Part shown: positions 20,490 through 31,126 of the stretch, one piece after another | How the letters are laid out: each line of letters opens with the position of its first letter | Numbering within the stretch: position 1 is the stretch's first letter | DNA from: Candidatus Latescibacterota bacterium | GTDB taxonomy: Bacteria; Latescibacterota; UBA2968; UBA8231 | DNA length: 64,000 bases | Assembly (NCBI GenBank): GCA_965203355.1 | Contig: OZ241889.1 | Coordinates: forward strand, 448,001-512,000 | Reading direction: 5' to 3' | Program-made: the position numbers and the translations under genes | The notes under the pieces: model-generated | Database searches by the model: none | The model's input: only the letters and a program-made list of their open reading frames with translations | Told to the model about the DNA's origin: nothing

Positions 20490-21308
20490 ATGCGCCTCGC
20501 CTTTTACACCTATAGCTACACCGACCGGCTTGAAATGCCGCTCGGACCGGTGCTGGAAAAAATCGCCGCTACTGGCTACGATGGCATCGACATTTCCGGG
20601 ACTCACGGGCCGTCGGCAGACCCGCGCTCGGTGACGCTCGAATGGCGCACACAGACGCGGACCACTGCCGAGCGGCTGGGCCTCGCCATCGAAGCCGTCA
20701 TCACGCACGCCAATCTCGCCGATTCGCTCTTTACCGACGAACCGCTCGACCTCAAGGGATCGGTCGACTTGGCCGTGGATGTTGGCGCACCGCTGGTCGT
20801 CTTCCACATGGGCGGGCCCAAAGACGATGCCGCCCAGCGCACAGCAGCTTGGCAGCGGGTAGTCGCCCATCTCCAAGACGCGCTGGCCTACGCCGAGCCT
20901 CGCAACGTGCAGTTGGCAGTCGATGGCGTGTGGGCCGGCTGGCTCACCGACAGCCCCGAGCGTTTCTTGGAGCTACACGACGAGGTCGGCAGCGCGTCCT
21001 TTGGCGTCAATTTCGATCCGTGCTATCTGAGCCTCCTGGGCTTGGACCCGGTAGCAGTCTCCCACCAGTGGCAGAAGCACATCGTGCACGTCCACCTCAA
21101 GGACCACGTCGGCACCTATCCAGACTGGGACCACAAAATCCCCGGCCAAGGCCGCCTCGATTATCCGCGCATCGTGCAAGGGCTTCGAGACATCGGCTTT
21201 GCTGGGACCATGGCGATAGAGACGTTTGTCACCATGGATTTCGACGAAGCCTGCGCGGTCGGCTATGCCGCGTTAGCCCCGACGCTGGGCAGGACCGCTA
21301 GCGGCTGA
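20490..21308 (+). CDS. Sugar phosphate isomerase/epimerase (xylose-isomerase-like TIM barrel)
   Basis: GYDGIDI, NFDPCY, HVHLKD, PGQGRLDY, AIE. Confidence 0.85.
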   Translation: MRLAFYTYSYTDRLEMPLGPVLEKIAATGYDGIDISGTHGPSADPRSVTLEWRTQTRTTAERLGLAIEAVITHANLADSLFTDEPLDLKGSVDLAVDVGAPLVVFHMGGPKDDAAQRTAAWQRVVAHLQDALAYAEPRNVQLAVDGVWAGWLTDSPERFLELHDEVGSASFGVNFDPCYLSLLGLDPVAVSHQWQKHIVHVHLKDHVGTYPDWDHKIPGQGRLDYPRIVQGLRDIGFAGTMAIETFVTMDFDEACAVGYAALAPTLGRTASG

Positions 21309-21387
21309 ATACCTCCCACTCCCGCCTCGACATGGCCCCAGCACTACCGCTCGGCGACAGAATTCTAACCAAAGGAGAGGCATCACT

Positions 21388-22206
21388 TTGACTACTTTTG
21401 ACTTCCAGGGCAAAAAGGCCGTGGCGACTGGTGCGGGCGGTGCCATTGGCGGCGAAATCGCCCGCGGCCTCGCCGAGGCTGGCGCTGAGGTCGCGATCTG
21501 GGACATTTCTCCAGCGGCGGCCCGCGCCAAAGCCGACGAAATCAATCGAGACTTTCCCGACCGGGTTCTCCCGGTCGAGTGCAACGTCGTCAGCAAAGAC
21601 AGCGTCGAGGCCGCGCTCGCCGAGACCATCGAGCACTTTGGCACCGTTGACTTTTTGCTCAACGGAGCCGGCGGCAGCCACAAGGACACCACCACTTCTT
21701 CCGATCTCGAATTTTTTGACATTGACCCAGCAGCGATCAAACTGGTGATGGATCTCAACTACCTGAGCGCCGTCCTACCCTCGCAGGCCGTGGGCCGCGT
21801 CTTCGCCGCTAAAGGCGATGGAGCCGTCGTCAATATCACCTCCATCGGCGGAGGGCTGCCGCTGTCGCGCGCCTTGGCGTATTCCAATGGCAAGGCGGCG
21901 GCCGATAGTTTCACCCGCTGGCTGGCCGTACACATGGCCACGACCTATGCGGCCAAAATCCGCGTCAATGCGGTGGCTCCGGGCTTTATGATCACCACGC
22001 AAAACCGCTTCCTGCTCCTCGACGAAGCAAGCGGCAAACTGACCGATCGCGGCCAGACCATCCTCCAAAACGTCCCCATGGCCCGCTTTGGCGACCCGCA
22101 TGAGGTCGTTGGCGCGGCCCTGTGGCTCTTTTCGGATGCCGCCGCGTTTGTCACCGGCGCCATCGTGCCCATCGACGGCGGCTTTTCCGCGTTTTGCGGC
22201 GTCTAG
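21388..22206 (+). CDS. SDR oxidoreductase (D-mannonate oxidoreductase-like)
   Basis: [42 protein letters not shown] start with AGGAG RBS. Confidence 0.88.
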   Translation: MTTFDFQGKKAVATGAGGAIGGEIARGLAEAGAEVAIWDISPAAARAKADEINRDFPDRVLPVECNVVSKDSVEAALAETIEHFGTVDFLLNGAGGSHKDTTTSSDLEFFDIDPAAIKLVMDLNYLSAVLPSQAVGRVFAAKGDGAVVNITSIGGGLPLSRALAYSNGKAAADSFTRWLAVHMATTYAAKIRVNAVAPGFMITTQNRFLLLDEASGKLTDRGQTILQNVPMARFGDPHEVVGAALWLFSDAAAFVTGAIVPIDGGFSAFCGV

Positions 22207-22234
22207 ACCAACGCATTCCCATCAGGAGTTCACT

Positions 22235-23908
22235 GTGCTACCCGACATCGAAATCGCCCGCCAGACCTCGCTCCGCCCCATCGACGATGTGGCCGCCCAG
22301 CTCGGGATCGGCTCCGAACACCTCGAATACTACGGCCGCGTCAAGGCCAAAATTTCGCCGGCGTTCTGCCAACAGCTCGAAAACGAACCGGCCACCGGCA
22401 AACTGATCCTCGTATCGGCCATCAACCCAACTCCGGCTGGCGAGGGAAAAACCACCACCACCATCGGCTTGGGCGACGCGCTCAACCGCATTGGCAAGCG
22501 CGCCACCGTCTGTCTGCGCGAGCCTTCGCTGGGGCCTTGCTTTGGCCTGAAGGGCGGCGGCGCGGGCGGCGGCCATGCTCAGGTAGCGCCGATGGAGGAC
22601 ATCAACCTGCACTTTACCGGCGACATTCACGCCGTCTCCGCCGCGCACAACCTACTCGCCGCGGCCCTCGACAACCACATCCACCACGGCAATGTGCGCC
22701 GCATTGATCCCCGCCGCATCGTCTGGAGCCGCGTCCTCGACATAAACGACCGGGCACTGCGCGACATCGTCATCGGGCTAGGGGGGACCGCCAACTCCTT
22801 GCCGCGCCAATCGGGATTCGACATTGCCGTCGCCTCGGAGGTCATGGCCATCCTCTGCCTGTCCGAATCGCTGGCGGAACTCAAAGAGCGGCTCGGCCGG
22901 ATCGTCGTCGCCCAGACCCGTGCCCGCGAGACCGTGCGCGCGGCGGATCTAGCGGTCCACGGTGCCATGGCGGTGCTGCTCAAGGACGCCTGCCAACCCA
23001 ACTTGGTGCAGACCCTAGAGGGCAACCCGGCGTTAGTCCACGGCGGTCCTTTTGCCAACATCGCCCACGGCTGCAACTCCATCGCCGCCACCCGCCTGAG
23101 TACGCGCCTTTCCGAATACACCATCACCGAGGCCGGCTTTGGCGCGGACCTGGGCGCGGAGAAATTCGCCAACATCAAGTGCCGCCAGAGCGGCCTAGCC
23201 CCGGACCTCGTGGTGTTGGTAGCCACAGTGCGCGCGCTCAAATTTCACGGCGGTGCCTCGCTCAACAGCATCGCCAAACCCAATGTCGGAGCGGTGGAAA
23301 GAGGCGTTGAAAATCTCGAGAAGCACATCGAAAACATCCGCCTCTTCGGCTTGCCCGTCGTCGTCGCGGTCAACGCCTTTGCCACGGACACCGACGCCGA
23401 GATTCAGCGCATCCGCGACCAGTGTGCACACCTCAGCGTCGAGATCGTCCCCGCACATCACCACGCCCTCGGCGGCGCCGGGGCCGAGGACCTCGCTCGC
23501 ACCGTGGTGCAAGTGGCCGAAAACACGCCGAGCGACTTCCGGCTGCTCTATCCCGACGACATGCGGCTGTGGGACAAGGTGCGCACCGTCGCCCAAGCGA
23601 TCTACGGGGCCGACGACATCATGGGCGACAAGATACTGCAAGGCAAGTTCCGGCGGCTGGAAGACGAAGGCTACGGCAACCTGCCCGTCTGCATCGCCAA
23701 AACCCAGTACTCGCTATCGACTGATCCCAAGCTCAAGGGGCGGCCGCACGGCTTTGATGTGCCGATACGCGACGTCAAGGTGTCGGCCGGGGCCGGTTTT
23801 GTAGTAGTGCTGACGGGCGATATTATGACCATGCCCGGCTTGCCTAAGAAGCCCTCAGCCGAGTCAATTGACCTCGATGACGCAGGACAGATCAAGGGGC
23901 TGTTCTAA
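22235..23908 (+). CDS. fhs: Formate--tetrahydrofolate ligase
   Basis: [63 protein letters not shown] start after AGGAG. Confidence 0.97.
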   Translation: MLPDIEIARQTSLRPIDDVAAQLGIGSEHLEYYGRVKAKISPAFCQQLENEPATGKLILVSAINPTPAGEGKTTTTIGLGDALNRIGKRATVCLREPSLGPCFGLKGGGAGGGHAQVAPMEDINLHFTGDIHAVSAAHNLLAAALDNHIHHGNVRRIDPRRIVWSRVLDINDRALRDIVIGLGGTANSLPRQSGFDIAVASEVMAILCLSESLAELKERLGRIVVAQTRARETVRAADLAVHGAMAVLLKDACQPNLVQTLEGNPALVHGGPFANIAHGCNSIAATRLSTRLSEYTITEAGFGADLGAEKFANIKCRQSGLAPDLVVLVATVRALKFHGGASLNSIAKPNVGAVERGVENLEKHIENIRLFGLPVVVAVNAFATDTDAEIQRIRDQCAHLSVEIVPAHHHALGGAGAEDLARTVVQVAENTPSDFRLLYPDDMRLWDKVRTVAQAIYGADDIMGDKILQGKFRRLEDEGYGNLPVCIAKTQYSLSTDPKLKGRPHGFDVPIRDVKVSAGAGFVVVLTGDIMTMPGLPKKPSAESIDLDDAGQIKGLF

Positions 23909-23934
23909 GCCCGTAACACACAGGACGACGTATC

Positions 23935-25299
23935 ATGGCACTATCAAAGCGCCTAGAATCGTGCTCGCTCGAACGCATTACCAAAATGAAAGAGGTGGTA
24001 GTGCAGGAGATAGATAGGATTGACGGTCAGCTAGTTGAGCGAGAAAAAGAACTCGACGAAATGATCGACAAAGTCGAAACGGTCAGTTTGAGCAAAAGGC
24101 ACGGCCAATACGAACTGAGTCTGGATAAGGTTGAATCGCAGATCGCTCGGTTGAACGACGAAAAAGAGAAATTGTTGGACAAAGTCCGGATCATTGAGCA
24201 GGCGCGGCAAAAGAGACATCTGATGGATGAACAGGCTAGGGTCCTAGGCAGCGTCACGCGGGTCAAAGCCAAAGATCTGTTCATCTTCTTTCTCATTCTT
24301 TTTTTGATCACCATTCTGGTCGTCGACTTGCTGGGTGTAGGGGCCGCAGGCCGTGGTGCGGTTGCAAAAGCTGAAGTAGTAGAAGGCAGGCTCTATCGAA
24401 TAAACGTTCTAAACGGAGGCGAAGGGTACGAGCGGGTCAACATTCATCTAGCGGATGCGGTTGGGTCTGGTGCGCTTGTTTCTGGCGAGATCGTCGAGGG
24501 CAAACTAACACAAGTGGACGTCATCCACATCGGCGAGAACTACACAAATCCCGTCGTGGAAATAGAACCCCACTTTTCCGTTGGCACGTTGTGGATATTC
24601 TGGATCATCGACTTGATCTGCTGCGCCATTTTCATGGCCAACTTTTTCTTTGAGCACCGGCTTGCCGATTCTAAAAAGTGGTATTGGAAAAACAACTGGA
24701 TCGACTTCATAACGTCCATTCCGCTGCCCCCGGTACAGGTTATCGCAGCATCCGGCGACATAGGGATTGTCCGCTTGGGGCGTCTGCTGAGGGCCGTGCG
24801 AATTTTACGGGCACTGAGATTATTTCGCATCGCGCTGTTTTTCTGGCGAGGCATGGATCACTTGAGCTCCACGTTGGACGTGCGGCTCCTCAAGCGATCC
24901 CTGCTGTACGGCTTGTTATCGCTCGTGTTTGGGGCCTTTATTTTCATGGGCTTGGAGCGCATGGAGTCTGGTTCGGGGTTCGGGGCGAGTCTTTGGTGGA
25001 GCTTTACGACGCTGGTCACCGGCGGGTACGCCGACATCCACAATCCCGAGACCGCTTCGGGCAAAATCCTCACCGTTTTTCTGGTGATTACGGGTATGGT
25101 TCTGGTGGGGGTTTTTACAGCGACGCTGACGAGCATCCTCGTAAGCGATGAGGATTCCTTGAAGGTCGAGGAGTTAGAAGAACAGGTCGGTCTAGTCGCT
25201 AAAATTCAAGAAGACGTAAAAGACACAAACGAGCGACTAGACCGACTCGAAGTTGCCATCCGCGAAATCCGCGACGCCGTAAAGACGCAAAAGAACTAG
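23935..25299 (+). CDS. Voltage-gated ion channel superfamily protein (6TM, K-channel-like) with extra domains
   Basis: NWIDFITSIP (S3), RLGRLLRAVRILRALRLFR (S4), SLWWSFTTLVTGGYADIHNP pore, and N- and C-terminal coiled coils. Confidence 0.85.
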   Translation: MALSKRLESCSLERITKMKEVVVQEIDRIDGQLVEREKELDEMIDKVETVSLSKRHGQYELSLDKVESQIARLNDEKEKLLDKVRIIEQARQKRHLMDEQARVLGSVTRVKAKDLFIFFLILFLITILVVDLLGVGAAGRGAVAKAEVVEGRLYRINVLNGGEGYERVNIHLADAVGSGALVSGEIVEGKLTQVDVIHIGENYTNPVVEIEPHFSVGTLWIFWIIDLICCAIFMANFFFEHRLADSKKWYWKNNWIDFITSIPLPPVQVIAASGDIGIVRLGRLLRAVRILRALRLFRIALFFWRGMDHLSSTLDVRLLKRSLLYGLLSLVFGAFIFMGLERMESGSGFGASLWWSFTTLVTGGYADIHNPETASGKILTVFLVITGMVLVGVFTATLTSILVSDEDSLKVEELEEQVGLVAKIQEDVKDTNERLDRLEVAIREIRDAVKTQKN

Positions 25300-25304
25300 C
25301 GGCT

Positions 25305-26942
25305 TCAGACGAACTTTTCTCTCGCTTCCAAGACTTTTGCCACTACGACTTCGACGTCCTTTTCATCCACAAATGGCGACACGATAAAGGACTTTAGCGC
25401 GACAATTGGTTCCCCATATTGGGTGCGCCGGTAGCAGTCGGTCGAGGAAATGACGACCCCGCGCCCGGCCATGGCCTCCGCATGCACGTAATCGAAAACC
25501 TGGCGATTGTAGTCGTTGTGGGCTAGCAGCACTTCCCGAAAGGCCGGGTCGTCAAATTCTTGGCGCTTCATCGCAAAAGTATCCACGTCGGGTGGGTACA
25601 CCCGGAAGAGCGTTACCGTGCCAAAGTTGTCGCGGTTGAGCACGGTGATGGCTTCGTGTCCTTCGAGGTGTTCGCGCAAGAGCTGGGTCATCTCGACGAT
25701 GTGCCCGAGGGCGACGCGCAACCCCTGCGTACCGAAAAAGCGAAAATTGGCTAGCGCGGTCAGCGGCCCGGTCCCGGCTCTAGACGTTTCGAGGGTGTAC
25801 ATGCCGGGGCGGTGTTCGCCAAAGTGATAGAGGTACGGCATCTGTTGCGGATCGCGCATCAGGAGTTGCAAATCCGTGCGATCTTGGACGAGGACGAGGC
25901 TGGAGATATACGGAGCAAAGCCGGTCTTGTGGAAGTCAATGCCCATGGAATCGGCCAGTGCCAGATGGCGGATGCGGCGGCACGCGCCAGCGAGCGCGCG
26001 CAGGGTCCGCGGCCGAAACTCCAAGGGGTTATCCTGAAAATCGTAGTCGTTGAACGCCGACCACGCCCAGCCAATGACCGAGTCGGCGTGGATGTGCGGA
26101 CGGTAGGAGAGTTGGAATTCATCGACAAGCGAGTCGCGCAAGGCCACAATCGCCGACAGGTCGTCCAGTCCGAACGCATCCGTAGTCCCCATGGTTGCAA
26201 TAATGGCGGCGATCTTTTTTCCGCGGCCCAAGGCCGCCCGCGCTGCATCCGCTAGCGGCGCGAGGTCAATTTCGTTGTCAGCTATCGTCGGAATGACCAT
26301 CAGCTGATCGGTGCCAATGCCGAGCCAGCCGACGATGTTTTGGGCGCAGTAGTGCCCGGCGTCGGAAACGAATACTACCACATCGTCGGATACTCCTTTT
26401 TGCATGGCCTGCGGACAGGCTTTTTCCAGACCGATTTTCACTCCATAGAGGGTGGTGCCGGTGCCGCCAAAGGTAAACGCGCCGCCCGCGCGCTGGGGGT
26501 CGTAGCCCACCAATCGCGCGGCGATGGCGACCGCTTCGACTTCGGCCAAGGCGACGAGGCGGCTGTATTCATCCCAAGCGATGTTGGGGTTGTGCAACGA
26601 AGCGAGCAGGACGCCGATGAGGCTGGGAATGGTCGGAGGCGCGATGACGTTTTGTTGGGTGTGGGGATGGCTGGAGATGGTTATGCCGCGTAGGTAGCTG
26701 ACGAGGTCGGAGGTGACCGCCTCGACCGACGACATCTCAGCGGACAGCGCGGCGTTTCGCGCCTCAGCAAAGTCGCCGGAAACCACTGGCCCAAGCGTCG
26801 GCAACTGCATTTTCAGCGCATCTACTTGGTCTAAGGCGCGCATGATGGAATGCACGAAATACGAATCGTGAATGGGGTCGGATACTGGTTGGGGAAAGGC
26901 GCGCCGGATGTGTTCTAGGGCGTCGCGGTACGATGATACCAT
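25305..26942 (-). CDS. Group II PLP-dependent decarboxylase
   Basis: FTFGGTG, AGHYC, TMGTTDAFGLD, IHADSVIG, DSMGIDFHK (PLP lysine), LETSR. Confidence 0.9.
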   Translation of the reverse strand: MVSSYRDALEHIRRAFPQPVSDPIHDSYFVHSIMRALDQVDALKMQLPTLGPVVSGDFAEARNAALSAEMSSVEAVTSDLVSYLRGITISSHPHTQQNVIAPPTIPSLIGVLLASLHNPNIAWDEYSRLVALAEVEAVAIAARLVGYDPQRAGGAFTFGGTGTTLYGVKIGLEKACPQAMQKGVSDDVVVFVSDAGHYCAQNIVGWLGIGTDQLMVIPTIADNEIDLAPLADAARAALGRGKKIAAIIATMGTTDAFGLDDLSAIVALRDSLVDEFQLSYRPHIHADSVIGWAWSAFNDYDFQDNPLEFRPRTLRALAGACRRIRHLALADSMGIDFHKTGFAPYISSLVLVQDRTDLQLLMRDPQQMPYLYHFGEHRPGMYTLETSRAGTGPLTALANFRFFGTQGLRVALGHIVEMTQLLREHLEGHEAITVLNRDNFGTVTLFRVYPPDVDTFAMKRQEFDDPAFREVLLAHNDYNRQVFDYVHAEAMAGRGVVISSTDCYRRTQYGEPIVALKSFIVSPFVDEKDVEVVVAKVLEAREKFV

Positions 26943-26978
26943 GTCTTGCGTCCAGTTCGGGAAAAAGGGGTTAAATGC

Positions 26979-27014
26979 AAAAGGCCGAGTACCAAAACAG
27001 GTACCCGGCCTTTT
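26979..27014. terminator. Intrinsic terminator downstream of the TonB-dependent receptor
   Basis: AAAAGGCCG-AGTACC...GGTACC-CGGCCTTTT hairpin with A/T tracts on both sides. Confidence 0.8.
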
Positions 27015-27043
27015 GTATAACTCAGGATTGCCGTGCGGCGTTC

Positions 27044-29773
27044 CTAGAGGCTGTAGCTGTATTTCACGTACCAGAACGCGCCGCCAAAGCCAAATGGGCT
27101 GAACTGGCTGTACCTGTTGCCGATGGTCGCGGCGGCATTTGGATTTTCGTCGGGATAGGTGTTGAGGATATTCTGCGCCCCAATGGCTATCGCCGACATA
27201 CCGTCCCCAAACGAGATGCTGGTTTCAAGGTCGAACAGAACCTTGCCATCATAGGTGTAATCATCTTCCGAGTCGTACCATTCGCCGAAGTAACTGGCGC
27301 GACCTAGAGCATTCCAACGCTCGGTCAGGGCTTGTGTGAGCGTCAAATTCCCGCGCTGCTTGGGAAGATTTGACTCCAACTCCCGAATCCGATCGGTGTT
27401 CAGGGGCCTTAGTTGAGCATCCAAATTCCTGACATCTTCAGCCAACTTGTCCTGTTCGGCCTGACTCAAAGATTCGGGGTCCTGTTCCAACTTGCTTAGC
27501 TGCTCTTCGAGGCGGTCGAATTCCGTTCTCTGCCCATCGCTCAAGCTAACTTCGGTGCTCGTATAGTTATAGGCGAGGCTTAGTGCCCCCGAACCCACCG
27601 GAGCTGAAACAACGACATCAACCCCGTTGGTGGAGGAGTCGAAAGCATTGGTGAAGAAGCGGAACTCCTGTAGGCCGGCGGCACTGGTTATCCCCTCCTC
27701 GATTAGCTGGGCTCTCTGTACGTCGGTAAGCGCGAAGTCCTGCGAGATTGTCAGGCGGTCTTCTACCGTGATGTCAAAGTAGTCAATCGTCGCGCTAGCC
27801 ACGCCCATATTGACGACGAAGCCGGCAGAGAGGTTGACAGACTTTTCAGCATCGAGCGCTTTGCCACCATACAGTTCGGCGGCGGCACTGGTGGAAGGGA
27901 CCGTTCCGTTGTTGACCAAGTCGTTCTTCTCGAAGTTGAACTCGGTCGTTATGTTGAAGGCATTTTGCTGGCCGGGCGTGGGCGCCCGAAAGCCGGTGCT
28001 ATAACTACCGCGCAGCTTCAGATCGTCCGTCAGGGCAAAATTGGCGGCTCCCTTGTAGTTGGTCGTGCTGCCAAAGTCGCTAAAATCCTCCGAGCGCAAG
28101 GCCAGAGAAAGCACCAACGGATCAATCGGCTCAAAATCCGCCTCCACGTACAGGGCCGTGTTGGTTCGATCCCAGCGGCCAGCGGCCACTTTGCTAAAGC
28201 CCGAGAAACCATTGGTAGCAGGCTGAAAACCTTGGCTGGCCAACGGCTGACCAATTATGTAGGACTCGATCTGGCCCTCCACGATCTCGAATGCTTCGTT
28301 GCGACGCTCGAGTCCGGCCGCCAAGAACAATTGATCGCTGACTGGGTATGTAATGTCGAAGTTTAAGTTGACATCCGTCTGGATGTAATCTCCCGGGTTG
28401 AACGATGTCGGCGTATCCGGGCCCATTGAGGCATTCACGGTATTGAAGATGAAGTAGTCCGCGTGGTGGCGGCCATAGGACGCGCTCGCGCTCCAGCCCA
28501 ACGTCTCGCCCGCAAAACCCTTCAGGCCCAGCAGAATGGATTCATCCGTGGTGAAGCCGCCGAAGCGAGGCGTAAAACCACCGGGAAACATTTTCAGGAA
28601 CGAGAAGCAATTGGGATCGTCGCGAACCTGTAGCCACGCCTCCTGATCCAGTTTGTTGTCGATTATGGGGACCGGAGCGCATTCACTGCCCCGACCCACG
28701 CCGTCCAAATCGCCCACTAGCAGAGATGGCGTCTCGGGCGTGCCATCCTCATCTAGATCGAGCAACGGCCCCTTAAACACGCCGCTGCGGGTGTGGGGAT
28801 TGCGAAAGTAGAACCCGCCCTCGGTTTCCTTGCTGGCGTAGTTGGCGTGACCGTAAAAATCGAGGTTCTCGCCAAGATTGGCTCCGTAGTTGGCGAAGAA
28901 CTTCAGATCGTCTCTGATGAAGGGCTGTCCCCAGAGTTGAGCGGGGTTGGCCACACTCGTATTGCCGGCGGCAATCAGGCTCGCGGCATCATCGCGCTGC
29001 ACCGAGCGGATGGTTTCGCCCGAGTTGCCGTATTCCAAGCTGAGGTTGGCCCACGCATTATCGTTGCCCAAGCCCAAATTGCCAGCGATGGAAAACAACT
29101 CGCCATCGCCGAGGATGCCATCGCCGTCTTGAAAGCTGCCGACTTTGGTCTCGACTGACAATCCGTCGGAACGATTCTTGAGGCGGAAATTCAACACGCC
29201 GGCAATGGCGTCCGAACCGTACTGGGCCGACGCGCCGTCGCGCAACACTTCCACGCGCTCGAGTGCGATCGCCGGGATGGGTGCCAAGTCCGGGCCTTGC
29301 GCCCCGTCGGCCACGCCATTGCCCAGCCAGTGAATCACCGCAGCGCGGTGGCGGCGCTTGCCGTTGACCAAGACCAGCGCGTGGTCCGGGGCTAGCCCCC
29401 GCATGTTGGGCGGTCGGACGACCGTGCCCGCATCGCTGATCGGCTGGGTGTTGACATTGTACGAGGGAACAACATTCCGCAGAAGATCGGTTAGATCCGC
29501 TCCGCCTTGCTTGGCAAACTCGTCGGCGGCAATGACGTCGATGGGCACGGGTGAGTCGGTCACGGTGCGCGATTGAGCACGCGAACCAGTCACCACCATC
29601 TCTTCAACCTCAACCACCCCTTCGAGCATTTCCTCTTCGGCAGGGACTATCTCTTGGGCGGCGGTCTCTTGCTCTTCTTGGGCTACAGCCTGAGCACCCG
29701 GAGAAAGCACCACAGCCACGCCAACGGCGAGGGCAAGCGGCTTCCGCAGCACAGCAAACACGTTCTGTATCAT
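27044..29773 (-). CDS. TonB-dependent receptor
   Basis: Signal peptide, EEMVVTGSR TonB box, plug motifs RGLAPDHALVLVNGKRRH and RDGASAQYGSDAIAGVLN, STGFRAP, aromatic C-terminus. AAGGAGG RBS before ATG 29773. Confidence 0.95.
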   Translation of the reverse strand: MIQNVFAVLRKPLALAVGVAVVLSPGAQAVAQEEQETAAQEIVPAEEEMLEGVVEVEEMVVTGSRAQSRTVTDSPVPIDVIAADEFAKQGGADLTDLLRNVVPSYNVNTQPISDAGTVVRPPNMRGLAPDHALVLVNGKRRHRAAVIHWLGNGVADGAQGPDLAPIPAIALERVEVLRDGASAQYGSDAIAGVLNFRLKNRSDGLSVETKVGSFQDGDGILGDGELFSIAGNLGLGNDNAWANLSLEYGNSGETIRSVQRDDAASLIAAGNTSVANPAQLWGQPFIRDDLKFFANYGANLGENLDFYGHANYASKETEGGFYFRNPHTRSGVFKGPLLDLDEDGTPETPSLLVGDLDGVGRGSECAPVPIIDNKLDQEAWLQVRDDPNCFSFLKMFPGGFTPRFGGFTTDESILLGLKGFAGETLGWSASASYGRHHADYFIFNTVNASMGPDTPTSFNPGDYIQTDVNLNFDITYPVSDQLFLAAGLERRNEAFEIVEGQIESYIIGQPLASQGFQPATNGFSGFSKVAAGRWDRTNTALYVEADFEPIDPLVLSLALRSEDFSDFGSTTNYKGAANFALTDDLKLRGSYSTGFRAPTPGQQNAFNITTEFNFEKNDLVNNGTVPSTSAAAELYGGKALDAEKSVNLSAGFVVNMGVASATIDYFDITVEDRLTISQDFALTDVQRAQLIEEGITSAAGLQEFRFFTNAFDSSTNGVDVVVSAPVGSGALSLAYNYTSTEVSLSDGQRTEFDRLEEQLSKLEQDPESLSQAEQDKLAEDVRNLDAQLRPLNTDRIRELESNLPKQRGNLTLTQALTERWNALGRASYFGEWYDSEDDYTYDGKVLFDLETSISFGDGMSAIAIGAQNILNTYPDENPNAAATIGNRYSQFSPFGFGGAFWYVKYSYSL

Positions 29774-29894
29774 TTCGACCTCCTTAAAAGGGGAAAAGAA
29801 CGAATTATACAAAGGGCTAATATAAACTCATTGGGCAATGGCTGGCAATACCTCTTGGACGACGCAATCGACGATAATCTGCTCGCTGCACCGT

Positions 29895-30069
29895 CATACG
29901 TGTTGCCGTACTCCAAGCTGAGGTTGGCCCAAGCATCTTCGCGGCTCAAACCGATATTGCCGGCGGCACTGTACGCGAAGCCATCGCCGGCTTGGAAAAT
30001 ACCGGGTTTGATTTCAAAAGAAGCCCCTTTGTGGCCGTCTTTCAATTGAAAGCTCATCACCCCGGCAAT
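29895..30069 (-). pseudogene. Internal fragment of a paralogous TonB-dependent receptor
   Basis: IAGVMSFQLK...GDG...AGNIGL..EDAWANLSLEYGN aligns with IAGVLNFRLK...GDG...AGNLGL.NDNAWANLSLEYGN of the adjacent receptor. Confidence 0.8.
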
Positions 30070-30198
30070 TGTAGGGAGGTTTAGGGCTTCTTAGGCCAAG
30101 CCAGTCGTTGATTGTATGTTTATCGGCAATCATTACTATTGCTATATTTTGATTACAATTCTGCGGCGCAATTAAAAACAACCCGAAAGACAAACACC

Positions 30199-31122
30199 AT
30201 GCTAGGCAAATTTTTCGACAAAATGAAGCAAGGGCTGGCGCGGACGCGGCAGGCAATGACTGATGTGATTGCTGACAACCCCCGCTTGGACGACGACGCA
30301 ATCGACGATATCGAGGCCGCGCTGGTCGGCGCCGATATGGGCTTAGAGACGGCGACCGAACTCATCGACGAGCTGCGCGAGCGGCTCAGAAGCAAGCAGG
30401 GCGTCGACGGGCCGGCAGAGGTGATGCAGGTGCTGGAAGAGCAAGTAGGTGCGCTGATGACCTTCGGCAACGGCGCGGCCTTGCCTCTAACGGGCAAACT
30501 GCCGGGCAAACCATTTGTCGTGCTGATCGTCGGCGTCAACGGCACCGGCAAGACGACGACGGCCGGCAAGCTGGCCAAGCACTACGCCGATGCGGGCAAG
30601 AAAGTGGTGCTCGCTGCCGGCGACACGTTTCGAGCGGCGGCCATTCCCCAACTCGCGATATGGGCGGAGCGCACCGGAGCCGACCTGATAGGGACGCAGC
30701 GCGGGGCCGACCCGGCCGCCGTGGCCTTCGACGCGCTCGCCGCGGCCAAGTCGCGTGGGGCCGATGTGCTGCTGGTGGACACGGCCGGCCGCCTGCACAA
30801 CAAGGTCAACTTGATGGAGGAACTCAAGAAGATCCGCCGCGCATTGGCCAAGCACGACCCAGCGGCTCCGCACGAAACCCTGCTGGTACTCGACGGCACC
30901 AGCGGCCAGAATGCCCTGTCGCAGGCGGCTGCGTTCAACCAAGCCACCAAGTTGACCGGACTCGTGCTGACCAAGCTAGACGGGACAGCTAAGGGCGGGA
31001 TCGTCGTCGCGCTGCGGCGTCAGATGGACCTGCCGGTGAAGCTGATTGGGGTCGGCGAGGGGGCTGACGATTTGCAGCCGTTTGACGGGGCAACATTCGC
31101 CCGTGCGTTATTCGCCGAGTGA
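30199..31122 (+). CDS. ftsY: Signal recognition particle receptor FtsY
   Basis: [36 protein letters not shown]. Confidence 0.97.
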   Translation: MLGKFFDKMKQGLARTRQAMTDVIADNPRLDDDAIDDIEAALVGADMGLETATELIDELRERLRSKQGVDGPAEVMQVLEEQVGALMTFGNGAALPLTGKLPGKPFVVLIVGVNGTGKTTTAGKLAKHYADAGKKVVLAAGDTFRAAAIPQLAIWAERTGADLIGTQRGADPAAVAFDALAAAKSRGADVLLVDTAGRLHNKVNLMEELKKIRRALAKHDPAAPHETLLVLDGTSGQNALSQAAAFNQATKLTGLVLTKLDGTAKGGIVVALRRQMDLPVKLIGVGEGADDLQPFDGATFARALFAE

Positions 31123-31126
31123 GCCG

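Noticed and set aside
22235-23908. Wood-Ljungdahl pathway inferred from fhs
   Set aside because: fhs alone is common in one-carbon metabolism; no acs/cdh genes are in the window.
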